DNA from: Strigamia acuminata
Lineage: Eukaryota
Reading direction: 5' to 3'
DNA length: 64,000 nucleotides
NCBI GenBank assembly: GCA_949358305.1
Contig: OX442314.1
Span: 11,470,001 to 11,534,000 of the forward strand
Of this stretch, positions 26,282-39,119 are shown piece after piece. Positions within the stretch are counted from its first letter, which is position 1, and each line of letters opens with the position of its first letter. Under the pieces are notes generated by a model. It did not search any database. It saw only the letters and a program-made list of their open reading frames with translations, and was not told where the DNA came from. A program made the position numbers and the translations under genes.

Positions 26282-26336
26282 AATTTTGTAAAATTTTGTA
26301 AAATATTGTAAAATACAGTAAAATATTGTAAAATTT
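26282..26336. repeat. 10-bp tandem repeat (AATWTTGTAA)~5 just inside the intron donor
   Basis: aattttgtaa aattttgtaa aatattgtaa aatacagtaa aatattgtaa aattt. Confidence 0.8.
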
Positions 26337-26362
26337 AAAAAAAGAAAAGTGTGTTGGCTTAC

Positions 26363-26974
26363 CTGTGTTGGTGGTGTTGGTTTCACTGTCCACCTGTTTT
26401 GGCCTACATATTGGGACATGGTGGTTGTTCCTTCGGATGCCAGCGCTGCTCCCACTGCAACTAGTCGTGTCTCCATCGGCGCCTCCTCCTTCCCTCGCTC
26501 TCCGGCTCGAAGTGCCGTCCTCCAGCGAAGGATAACAAGACTTTTTGTCCCCGTGGTTTTTACTGTTAACATGATCCGAGTTCGTAATTGGCGGTGTCGT
26601 TGCGTTGGGCACCGAAGACGACACCGAAGACGGCCTTGGCGAACTCGAATCTCCCCGCTCCCTGTCGGTCGAGTTGCACGGGGTGATGGCAACCGACGTG
26701 GGCATCGGGGGCGGAGGCGGCGCTTTTTCTTTTTTTCCCGAGATGGGCGCCGATATGCTCGGCCTCCGCGAGTTGACGATCGGCACCGTCGTGCCACCGC
26801 CGCTACTGCCCCCGCTTTCGTTCTCACTTTCATACTCGCGGTCATCGTAGAGAAAATAGTTCTCTTTATTACAATTATGCACTTTGTGTTGAATGAATTT
26901 CACTATGTCCGATAAGGCAAAGTCCTTCTGGCACACTCCGCACGTCAGAATGTCCTGTACGACCTCGGGTTCCG
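26363..26974 (-). CDS. BCL11A: Internal coding exon of the BCL11-like gene containing the N-terminal C2HC zinc finger (ZF0)
   Basis: Acceptor tttttttttgatggattAG|CGGAACCC at 26974 and donor ACAG|GTAAGC at 26363; 612 nt, phase 1-1. Encodes EPEVVQDILTCGVCQKDFALSDIVKFIQHKVHNCNKEN..., matching the BCL11 DxLTCGxC..F.L.DI..FI.HK...C motif. It splices in frame to 14154 (...TTNT-E-PNNYVC). Confidence 0.93.
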
Positions 26975-29900
26975 CTAATCCATCAAAAAAAAAATAAAAA
27001 AATTTTAATTCTGCACAATCTGGACACTAGATTTCACTTCCCCTTCATGGGAATATCCCACAATATTTATTACACCCACAAAAAAAATAAATACACTTTT
27101 TTATACTTGGGTATCAAAGGGGTAGAGGCTTTTTTTGGTGAGGGGGTGGTTGTGTGGGAACGCAACTTTTTCTCTCGCACTCTCCCCCTCGTCCCAATCC
27201 GACTCCCAGCCCGTGGGTAGGGGAAATGGGGGTGAGTAAAGTTTGCAAGGGGAGAAGAAAAAAGTCATGGCCAATGCTGTTCATTTACTTTACTCTTCTC
27301 CACTGTTTTTCTTTCTATTTCTCTCCGCGTCTTTTGTCCATTGCTGTGTAAACTAATTTGCTAATGTTTTTGCGCCCGTTTACAACTTGGCACACAGTCC
27401 TTGCTCATTACACAATCCGAGATTTTCCACTTCAACGACAGAGGACATAATTAAACACTTTAACTATGGAAAGAGAGATTTGGAATATACTAGGGTGGAG
27501 ACTCGAGGACCCCACCCTCTTAAAATTCCTCTCTGGATCAATTAGAAGCTTTAATTAGTTGACCATCTTCAAAATCTCAAGTAGTGTGTGCTAAATTTAT
27601 TAAATTTATTAAAATATGAGTTTGATAAATTAAAAAAAGAAAAAGGAAAAGAAAAAAAAAAACTCGAGGGAGACTTTAAAGAAAAAAAAAACTAAGCACC
27701 TGACAAAGCCAGTTTTGAGGGCTTTGAGTGGCCAAGAAGCTTCCCATGTTGCACATGGGTCTCATAAGAAATGAGCACCCACAAGGTAGGGACAAAGAAA
27801 GAAAAAAAAATGGAACCCAAAAAAAAAACTGAATTTTTTTTCTACTGCATCCAGTACGATTTGCATAGCATTGAAAAACATGTCTATGGACATCGACAAT
27901 AAATAGTTGCAAACACCCATGGGAATTAATTTTTTTATATTCTAATGACCATTTGGAGAGAGAAAAAAAAATTCTTCATTTCTATTAAAATCTATGACAT
28001 TAAAAAGTTTGAATAGGAAAGGGAAAGATGAAGATGTAAATATATCTCACCCTTAATGACCCCTTGGTCATGTAAGTGGCGTGTGAAAAAATTTTGGACT
28101 TCTAAGAGATCCATTTTTTTTTTAAAAAAAAAAATTAAATTAAAAAAGAAAAAATGTTTAGATTTTTGCTATTGTGTTGCCAGAACATTTGATTACATTG
28201 TATCTCTAGACACGATTAAATTCTCGGGATTTGAGGGCAAAAAAATGCATTTTGGGTGATAATTTTCCACGTTTTTATAGCAAGGTAAATATATAAGTTA
28301 AAGAGTTTATGAGTTCTTGGAATTTACATAACAAAAGAATATTTGGAATTTTTTTTTCTGCTACCTGGCTAATGATGGAGATGGGAGGGCTAACCGTAGA
28401 CAGTATGCACAGTACATTTGACCGGTGGCTCGTCTCCACCCAGAGTGGAAAAAAAGTTCAAGGAACTTGCGATGAATGCAAGATTCAAGACACTCGAGGG
28501 TCAAACGAGTGTCTCTTAATGTCTTATTACCTTTGAGGGGAGAAAGTGGACTTTCAACATTTCAAAACATTAACAAAACGAACCCGACACAAAGTCATTT
28601 CAATCCCCAAAACGGCCAATAAATAAAAATACCAAAAAAGAAAGAAAGAAATAAATACAAATATTTCTGTTTGCATTCAAGAAGAAATTATGAGCACAGA
28701 GTGCAGAAAAGATATATTTCTTTTTCTGTCGAGTCATTTGGTACATCTTTTCGAATTGAAGAGGATTTGAGAGGCAAAATCGGGTCGCCGATAGTCAGTG
28801 ACGTGGAATCCAAACATTCATTGTCAGTCCGAATGGGCACCGAGCTACATCCCACCTGGGCACGTCTCATCGATATTTCCTCTCCATCTATTAAAGTTGT
28901 TACTCGCTACTCACACACCCCCTGATGAATACATACATGCCGGATGCTGGCCCGATTCATATCCCGACGACTTAAATATGGAAAAGACTTTCTTGGAGAG
29001 TAATCTCGACAAGGCATCTGACCACCACGCTTCCTCCCTATCCCCGCCTACATAAATGCCACTTCTCTTTTGTAATTCAAGGGGCCACGTTGACCCTCGT
29101 CCGTTTCACCAAAAAAATTCATCTTTTATTCCATGTCCCACAAAATCCTCAACGGAAAAAAGCCCCAATTCCGCTCGCACTTATACAAATTAATCCCGCA
29201 ATACGGACCTTCCGCAATTTCAATTTCTGCACAATTCCTTGTGATGCAAATACACAACAGTGTTCCTGCTGATTAAACAGTAGGCATACGTGTCATCGAA
29301 TCAACCTAAACCAAAACCAGATTCTGGCGGGTACACATTACAACGTTGAAAAGCCGTCCTGACAAACTTTACAGTTTGTATCAAAGGGTCAAACACAAAC
29401 TACCCAAAAGTGCTGACGATGCATCGTAGGGAGGTCTCCTGATTAAGGCAATACTCAGAAAGACTGAAAGCGGATAAAAAAAATTGCTAGAGGGAATATG
29501 TCCACTGCTGTGGTCGAACATTAATAATCCCCTCCTACGGGAACCTCGAATAAATGCGCTGGTCATCATCGATGGAAGAAGCTGGCATTTTTGATTGATT
29601 TTCTCGTGTGTAGTCAGAACAGAAGGGAGGGGTGCAAAAGATGGCTTATTTATTCCACTGAGAGCCTCTTTTGTCTCAGGGGTCGTACCGATGTGCCCCT
29701 GAATGGTCAAGATGGATGACCAAACTTTATAAATCAACTTTTTTTCTTGTATTTTAAATTTATGGGATGAATAAACAATTTTTTCCACCAAGTGATTGAT
29801 TTATATTTGTTATGATTATTTTTTCCAGTTATTAATGCTGCGAGTACAATTAAGTACAGTGACTCGAAATAAAAGAATGGCAAGTTTGCGATCAGCGGGA

Positions 29901-32900
29901 GGAAACAAAAATCCTCCCACCGCCCATGAATTGTATTCAGGTGGTCGTATAAATGCGCAACACCCAGTGCCCAGTTCGGGAAAAGAAACGCCTTTTAAAC
30001 TCTTTGATTTGAATGACAATTAAAAAGAAAGAAGAAATTTCACTCGTGCGCCGCATAATTCTACTCACGGAACCTTCTTGGCACTGACCAGGTGAATCAG
30101 AACGATTAATCTCTCGGATGACGCCAGCTGTTATGCACATGGTCAACGCAGGGTTTCCTATAAGCGGACAGCTGCATTTCGCACACCCGCACACACAAGA
30201 AAGTTGAAGGGGAAATAAAAAAAAAAAAAAAAAAACACAGAAAAAAACGGGCATTTGGAGGCACCGTTCTTCCTCGCTTGTAATTACAGGTGTCACGCGC
30301 CACCGAAATCGTCAGAACACGCGCGATACGGAACATATGGCACAATGAAAAAGATTTGCTCTCATAGAAAAAAAAATTTTAAAAAAAATTAAAAAACAAA
30401 TAATTAAATTCAAAAATTCTTGAAAATAAATTATTTCCGCACGGAAATATGACAATTAATTCTACCTAATTAGGTTACAACATTTTTACGTCCACTAAAA
30501 ACGTCAAAAAGTAACAAAAACAAAAAAAAATATTTTAAATTAAATAAACCAAACACAAAAATAAAAAAAAATAAAAAAATAAATAAAAAACAGAAGGGTA
30601 AAGACCTTCATCCGACCCGCAGGTGAGACTAAAAACATGATTCCAAAGTTCCTAATCGCAACAAAACAACAAAACAACCACCAAAAACCCCCACAACACA
30701 ACCAAAAAAAAAAAAAAAAAAAAAAATTGAAAAAAAACTCACGGCCCTTTCGAGAAAAAAAAGTGCAAATGGAACCAATGCATTTGGTTCATATCCCAAT
30801 GGCTTACCTCTCATGAGTGATAAGGGGTAAAAGTGCGCCACAGTCCATTAGAGGCCACGGCAAAGGGTCAGCAAATGTGGGTGTCGTTGCGCTTTGGGCT
30901 TTAGCATCACTGTCCAAATAACACTCAGTGTCATCCTTCAAAATAGCAACGTAGCATTAAGGCACTTGGGCGCATGTAGTGCTCGTCCGCCGCTCTCGTC
31001 ACCACTCTCCAGACTCCCAACTCGGAATTCCTCACAGGCCGAAGCGTCGAGGGAGTTGCGGCGTTGCGCGTTTATCCGAGCATAGACCGAATACTAGTGT
31101 GTGCCGTGCGCGAGTCCACTGGCATACTACTACCACACCTCGTATCGTTGCCGCCTTCTTCTTCCCGCGGGCGACACCACCAATCCCAGCATGCACTAAG
31201 GCGGGACGAGGAAAAAAATGCCAAGGATGTTGTGTCTGGATGGGTCAAACGGCGCGCTTGGTCAGTCGCGACAACCCGGATAAATAAAAAGGGAAGAATG
31301 TCCACCCAACAACTTGTTCCATCAATCCAGGGCCCGGGACACTACACCTCTTGTTCGGACACTTTTTTGTCTGTGGATGGAGCGCCACCCCGCACCTTCT
31401 TATAAACCGAAACTGTCCAGACGTTCAATTTTTCTTGAGGGGGGTGTTGAGTGGACGTGCGTGGGTGTAGACGTGTATTTATGTAGAAATAAGCTGGGCC
31501 AATGAGAAGCGGGGCTATTTCACTAAGAAAACCCCTCGTGCTACTAATTCTTTGAAGTGCACGTTGGGCCAATGAGGGCCCTTCACCAACCCCCACGTGT
31601 CTTGCAGGAAAACGTTGAAAAGAAAGCATTTTTCTTCAACTTTTTACGAGAAATCATGAAAAATCGATTAAAATCAATTCTAAAACAGGTTTTTTTGTGT
31701 TCTTTTTTAATTTAGTTTGTCAGTAAGAATTAATAAATTTAAAATAAAATTTTGGGTTCGAATGAGTGAGCGCCCTCTGTTCTGCACTGGGCACAAATTG
31801 CAGGAAATTGTTCGGACGAGTTGAATTGACTACATCTCCGCCTTCCTTCGATTAAGTTCATTACTGGAGTAGAGAAAAAAGTTCCATAAACAAACCATGA
31901 AAGAATGCGAGTGGATACTACCATAATAAAAAATGGCGGTCACTTTAGGGGTGCGCAAAAAAAAAAAAAAAAAAAAAAAAAACTTGAAAAAAAAAAAAAG
32001 AAACTACAAATCATCTTCGGTAGGTGAATCACTCGGTCTACAACAACTCGGACCATGACGCAGCAAAGTGATGAAATGATTTACAATATACTCTTAAACG
32101 AGATGATGACCAGGGCTGCGAGACACAACAATTTCCTAGACATTTCCCACGCTTCGCTCACACTCTAAAAGACATCGGTCTGACCAAACCAACTTGTCCC
32201 CTCCTCTCCTAACCCTCGATTAAACTCGCCACACGATGCCAATCTTACCTGATTCGGTCGACTCCGTTTCTCCGTCTCGACTTGCCGGTGAAACCAACAT
32301 GAACGCGGCAACGTTTACGACTCTCTATTTCGTGCTCACGGCCCATTCCACGCTTTTTATTCGTTACATGTCAAGCCGACCCGAGCGAACAAGTGTTCCG
32401 TGGTCCACAGCCGGGGTCCGCGGCGCAGGGACCAGGAAGAAGGAGGAGGAAGAGGGGAGACCAACCCTGCGACTACAAGAGGGTCCATTTTTTAAGGGTC
32501 TCTTTTTTTAGCATCCCTTGCTTCCCCCCTCTGCTTTTACAAAGGTCTTTTTTAACTTTTTTTTCCCCCTTCCCCCTTTTTTTGGGGGTCTGGTCATGAA
32601 ATGCTGTCAGTGGAGAAAACTGGCCCTGCGCTGACCCCGACTTGCACCCCCAGCTCAGCTGCAGCTGGGGCGGACGGCCCAGCAATGGCAACGCCATCTT
32701 GATGACGCCGTAATGGCCGCCCGATCGCGCATCATTTCTATATTGCATCTACGCATTTGTTTTGCTCATTCGGGTCCAAAAACCGACTCAAAAACCCGCA
32801 AAAATTTAAAAAAAAATTAAAAAAAAAAAAAAATAAATGTAAAAATATATGAAAAAAAAGTGATGGAATTTATAGCACCAGGGCAACGTTGAGTAATCAT

Positions 32901-33988
32901 AGTCATCAAAGATGAAAGGAAACGTTGCAACATAACCACAAGCTCCAGGAACCACTGCGACACCCCTCCTTGACTCTTAAAAGTCCCCTCGCGAGTAAAA
33001 ATATTCTTTTAGGTCAAAAACATCATTTTTATGCCGTTTTCAGAGTGTAAACAAATTATATCATTTCTGCGCATCACGTACAAAGGGGTTGATGCTATTT
33101 TTTGACTCGATTTGTATCGATTGCAAGTTAGTAGCGTGTAATCAAGCGGTCATTAAGGTTGTTTTGATTGACTGTGATAATTGCAATAACCATTTCCTCT
33201 GATGTCTCTTAACTGAGCAATAGATCGCACTTTTGGGTGTAAATGACCAATACCCCCAACGACAAATGAAATTCATAAATCTTGCGCAGGGTCATTCTGT
33301 TCCTACAATAGCCGGTCGTCATGACAACCTTAATACTTCACTGATTTATTTCTATACGTCATGTGAAACTGCACTAACTTCACATCTCCAATCAACAAAT
33401 AGTTACTTCGTTTCCTAGATCATAATTCAACTTGACAACAACTGTTTTGATACTTCATTTTTTCCTTTTCCTGTTTTTTTTTATTTTTTATTTTTTATTT
33501 TTCTCTCCCTTATTTTTTATTTTATAAAAAAAACACTAAAATCACTGACCCCCACCCCCATACAGAAAATAAAAAAAAAATTAAACCGATCGCTCAACAA
33601 CTTATCCGACTGGTTTACCCTTATGTGTAATTTAAAGATTAAAAAATTGAAAGGAATTCAAAATTTCCACCAGACTGGACAAGAGGGGATTTTTTTGAGA
33701 CATGCACACACCTAGATTGGCTCTCGAGTGGACAGTGAGGGGACCCTGGACATACATGCCTTTCCCACCCGAAAAAAAAGGTTGACATTTCAAGAATGAT
33801 GGATTTGCGTGACTCATTTTAGTCTGCGGTTTATTTCGAGACGGTTCTGTACTTGCACTGGCCAAAAATGGTCAGACTTGTCACAAACCGACTCTTGAGC
33901 CAGGTGATGATCAAAAGAAGGATCAACCTGTCTCCATCAGTGCCAACTCGACAAATATATATCCCCAGAACAAGAAAAAAAGCAACGA

Positions 33989-34315
33989 CAGTAAAACGTC
34001 GATTATCCCAACTAATTGGCAGACACAGACATTCATTAAACCGATTTTTTCGCATAATCAAACATTTATTTATTTATTTATATTGCGCTCCATGCAAGAT
34101 ACCGTATTTTTGCAGAAGTACGATAAAATTGACGTTCAGACTTTCGTTTGTTAGTAACAAACTAGCGAAATATTAGCGATAAAATAGCTAAAATTAGCGA
34201 TTTTTTAGCTAACTGGTACCAGTTAGCGATAGCAACAATTAAACAAATGTAAAAAATTGATCACTGCTGTTCGGATAACCAGTCGTTCGCTCAACCGACG
34301 TTCGGATAATCTGGA
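33989..34315. mobile_element. Degenerate Tigger-like MITE with nested palindromic inserts
   Basis: Left end CAGTAAAACGTCGATTATCC; right part GTTCGGATAACCAGTCGTTCGCTCAACCGACGTTCGGATAATC. Related fragments lie at 23915-23965 (inverted), 42312-42370 and 43421-43438. Confidence 0.6.
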
Positions 34316-37267
34316 ATAATTAAGTTTAACTTGTGTTCGAGCAATTTTGGCAACTTTTTGATGGTTTGAAGATGTAATATTTGCTTGCACATGTGTAGAG
34401 AAGAGGGATGAGCAGACGTTGAGTCCATCATCAAAGGGAAGCGCAAAGATGGCGAGAAACAAGAGCGAGGGGACGATAACCACCGTGACCATGGGTCTCC
34501 TCTCTCTCATTAGAGTGATTAGTTGGTAGAGGGAGCCTTGCGGGCAGTCTGCACCACACCTCTCCCACGTCTGGACGACTGATCACTGTCCAGACCTGAC
34601 CGCCCGCCTCAGACGCTTTTTTTTCTTCACCCCACTATCCACCTTATGTGAAGTTCACATGCACTTTGCACTATAAGAAGAACAGGTCTCAGAAAGAGGA
34701 GGGAGATGAGACCTAGGGGTAATAATAGCCCAGTTTAAACTTTTTTTTTTTAATAACTTTAACTAGAAATATTGCTGTTTTTTGGGGGGTGAAAAACAAT
34801 TTTTATTTCTTTCCCCCTCGTATTGATTGGTGATTTCCTCCGCACTCAATTGGCTTCATATTTCACGCCACAAGTACACAAACAGAATGATTCGACTTTC
34901 ACATATGGTCTATAGATATATGTATTTATATATATTGTAGAGAGATTGTGTACAGGAAGTTGGACGTGGAAAAGATGGGAGTGTGCGGAGTGAAAAAAGG
35001 GACTTTTGTCACCCTGCTGATCAGACGGACAATGATGCTTTTGGTCATCTCTGGCTCTTATTTTTTATGTGAAATGTCGACACGTTCTTTCTTCAATACA
35101 CTCGAATGGATCCTTATGAGCGCGTCTCTTGGTTTGTGTCATAACTCCTGTTGCCGATGGGGGCGCCTGCTCCGACCAGAAAGCGATGATGACCACCAAG
35201 CCCCAATAAAATACAAACTCCCGTTTCCCCTTTCTCAATCAAAGACGAAAAAAATAAGTGAGAAATGGGAATTTTTTTTTTTTAAAAAAAATAAAAGAAA
35301 AAGAAAAGTTATATTTCGAACACTGAATTTTGACACTTTGAGGAAATGGATGAGATATAACAAAAAAAAAAAAAAAAAGATTTTTGAAGTACATAAATTT
35401 TGCATCAGAAATCGGATGAAAAAGATTTTTTTCTAGCCCTCAAAAAAAGAAATTATTTTTGAATTCGTTTTCTCACCTGGATTGTCTCTCACCTAAATAA
35501 TGTGATAAAAAAAAGCATTACTTTTAATGAAATTTCAATATTCATGAATTAAAGATTCCCCCATCAGGCCGCAGACTTTTAATTTGGTGAGAGAAATTTG
35601 CCGAGATTAAAAAAAGAAGAAAAAAAAGTAAATAACAAAATGGAAAAACCCGGAGTAAAAAACACGCATGGGACGAGTTAACTGAATGCATAATTGTGTC
35701 ACATTGAAATCGCTAAATTAGACATTCATTGGTTAAGAGTGGAAAAAAATAGAAGAAATCTGATCACGGATTGATTATTACTTTTTAATTAAGAAAAGAG
35801 TGGCAGTTGTGCACGTGCTAATGCACTGCTGACATAATTGCGAGAAGTCATTAATAAATCATTCAATGTTCTGAGACGCCCATCGTACAACATTAAAATT
35901 AAAGAGAGAGTCAGAAGGGGAGAAGAAAAAAGGAGAAGGAGAAGGTAAAAAAAAATAATCAATTTTTCATGTTTAGGAGTGTAAACCAATACTATTTCGT
36001 GATTTTTACTAGACGCAAAGCTCTAAAGTATGGATCACGCAATATTTGCGGCAGATAAATTTGTCGCCTACGCCTGAACTTATATATGTCAGCATTTTAT
36101 ACAACATATTTGTGGTGAATACTTAGTGCAGACTGAATATGCTTTATTTCAAGGGAACTTATATACCAAGTGGGAGAGAAAAGGGGTTTGGGTCATAAAC
36201 AGGGCTGGACCAGAAACAAATTTAGTATCGGGCAAAGTCGGGACAGGCCACAGCGGACGATGACGGGCCACGAAGCCGGGAAATTCCCGGTATCCCGCCA
36301 GGCCAGTCCAGCACTGGTCATAAGACAAGACAGGATATTACAATTTCCGCCGCTGAACTCCTGTTCTTAATTTCCCTCTTCTTCTAAAGATGGCAAGCGT
36401 TTTTTCATTCCATTCTCAACATCAAAAACGTTTTCCACCATTCATTTAATTTAATATATGTATTTCAAGTGAATTTGATGACAAACGGTGTGGTTGAGAG
36501 TAGCTTTGCAGTCACATTCATTAAATCTCACGCCGAGCGACAAACTTAAGACCACCTAGCAGAAGGACTGGGAAGATTTGCAAGAAAGCAACGCGTTACT
36601 CACACGAAAGGAGACCTCCCTCGGACAAACAAAGTCGCTGGTGATTACTGTAATCTCTCACGGTTGAACACGAGGATTGGGGATAAAAGGGTCAGTTGGT
36701 TTTTCTTTTCTTTTTCTTTTTTTCTTTCTAATTTGAAGATGGTCGAAGAAAGTAGGAGGTGCTGGCATTTTTGTTTACGATGTTCTTTTTCATTATGTGA
36801 AATGAATGCTGACCAAAGTGATAACACTTCACCTGGAGGCAGCTGCTTACTCACCTGAGTAATGAGCTCACTGGCCTATATTTTATCTCTTTTTGAAAAA
36901 ATTTGCACTGATCAAAATTTCAAACAAAAGCAAACACTTTTTTTTCGTCTTTTTAATTCCATTTCCCCTAAACTAACACCCCAATTGGGAAATATTATAA
37001 ACGACGCTAGGGATTTCTGATAAGATTTATTGCTAGCAGATTTCACTAATTATAGTGTAGCTGCAATTTATGTTGACGGCACCTCCCAATCAAAAAATAG
37101 GACACACTTTCAGCGCTATTGATGTTCGCCCATCGTTTTTATCAATTTTCAAATATCGAATTAAATGTGTCATAATTTTGTTTGCATTTTTCGGAATTTT
37201 TGCAAAATTTTAATTTTTCTTTCTATGATTTTTTAAATTTAGGATTTTCTTTAAATTTTTTTAAAAT

Positions 37268-37420
37268 TTCAGAATTTATAACAAAAAAATATGAATTTTT
37301 TGAATTTATAGCAGAAAAATTAAATTTTTAAAACTTACAGCATAACAATTTGTATTTTTCGAATTTATGGCACAAAATTTGAATTTTTAGAATTTATAGC
37401 AAAAAAAATTGAATTTATAC
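37268..37420. repeat. Degenerate ~30-bp tandem repeat, ~5 copies
   Basis: Recurrent GAATTTATAGCA.AAAAATT.AATTTTT units. Confidence 0.65.
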
Positions 37421-39059
37421 TTTAAATTTTAACAAATCTCCATTTTTTACTTCATTTCATTCTATTTTACTCATTTTCTTCTTTTCTTTCCACAATAAAC
37501 ATTTACCAAAATTTAAACATAAAAAAACCCAAAAAAAACTAAAACCAAATCTGCACATGCGCAATCCAAACAAAAATCATTTTCCAAACTTGCCACCAAA
37601 CTTTTAATCCATTTAAAAAAACATTTACACATTCACTCCGCGATAAACTTCTAAAAACATTTCCAAAAAAAAAAAAAAACCCTCAAAATCTCTATTAATC
37701 AAATTACAGGTGAACCAAAATTCACCTGATGCCAACTTCATCAACCCCCTGTCTGATCAACCCAGCATGTGGTCAGTGCCACCCCGCCCCGCTCATTCCC
37801 AAACAAGTCTTGTTTTCTCACTTGACCCGGTCAATTAATCAGCAGTGTTAGAAGAGTTACGAGAGATGCCCTCTACTGGACCCCGTCACGAGATTCCAGA
37901 CGTGCATCAAAGCCGACGTCGACCAGCTTCTTTGTACCAAACTCTTTGGGTCATCAGACGGGTCAGACAGGGGCCAGTAGGGGGTGAGTGGGAGGGTGAC
38001 TGCCCAGACTGGACGCATATAGTGTAACACAAAAGCCCCACTTCAACCCCTCTTGGACGCCTCTCTACCCCTCCCCCAAATCATTCCCTCCTGTCCCTCC
38101 AAATTCATGACCCCACCCCCTTTCTCAATTCTACGAAATTCATCAGGTGTTTAATAATTTAATATCAAATTTAATTTTTTTTTTAAATTTATATATTTAT
38201 TTTTTAGGTCAATTTTAGTGCAAATTTTAGGTCACATTTTCAGATATGGTTTGCATTTCCCTTCATGGATCTTCCCATTGTGCACAGCACGAGAGCGTTA
38301 TAAAAAGCTTGTCTTTCATTTTTTTTTTATTTTTTTACAACAAAAAGAAGGAAAAAATGGAGATAATGGGAATAGAAAAGAAAAGCAAGGAATTGTCTCC
38401 CTAAGGCATCGGGTGCAAAAAAAAAAATGAGACCATGTGCAAAAGGGGCAGTGAAGGAAAAATCTCCAATGTCCAAAACACACCGTTCTCAACTTCCAAC
38501 CGACGTCCATAATTAGACCTCGGAAACCACAATAAAAGAAATGTTTGAAATAAAATCTCGGTTCAGAAACGATAATAAAAGTTTTAATCTAGTTTAATGT
38601 AGATTTATTTCACCCTCCGAGATTATATAAAAAGAAAAGTACAAAAAGGTGACTATTGGGTTGTATAATAGGCTTAAGTAAAACGGCGCCCATTACGGAT
38701 AAGAAGAAGAGGGGGATAACCGGCGCCGTGTGCAATCCGACAAATCCGGTAATTCAATTTGCAAAAAAGCACCCAACAAAATATCGTCGCGTCAAAATAA
38801 GTTTGTATGGAAGTAGATGCGACAAATTAGTACTATCCAACTTATCTTAGTCATCTGCAATATTGGAAAATACAATTCACCGTTTGCACCAACCAGACAT
38901 TATTTTAAGGCAAAAATATCGGAAAAACTTAGAAAATAGTGACTTTTTCTTCCACAATCACTTGTTTAATCAACTATTTCAAATTATTCATCTATAAACA
39001 GTGACAAATTTACGAATTACACTATGTAATTGTAAAATAAAATAGAATTATACAACAGC

Positions 39060-39119
39060 GGAAATAAATATTGCTAATTTAGAAATTGGACAATTCCTAA
39101 ATTAGCAATATTTATTTCC
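39060..39119. repeat. Near-perfect 60-bp palindrome
   Basis: GGAAATAAATATTGCTAATTTAGAAATTG-GA-CAATTCCTAAATTAGCAATATTTATTTCC: 29-bp arms, one mismatch. Confidence 0.9.

Larger units (their letters stand above)
14155..26362 (-). other. 12.2-kb GT-AG intron of the BCL11-like gene
   Basis: GTAAGC donor at 26362 and polypyrimidine-TAG acceptor ending at 14155; the joined exons are in frame. Confidence 0.88.

Noticed and set aside
26273..26915. Overlapping ORFs of 190, 188 and 81 aa at the ZF0 exon
   Set aside because: Shadow frames of the real exon.
36849..36876. Strong minus-strand donor CAG|GTGAGT as a candidate missing exon
   Set aside because: No polypyrimidine acceptor or plausible start codon upstream.
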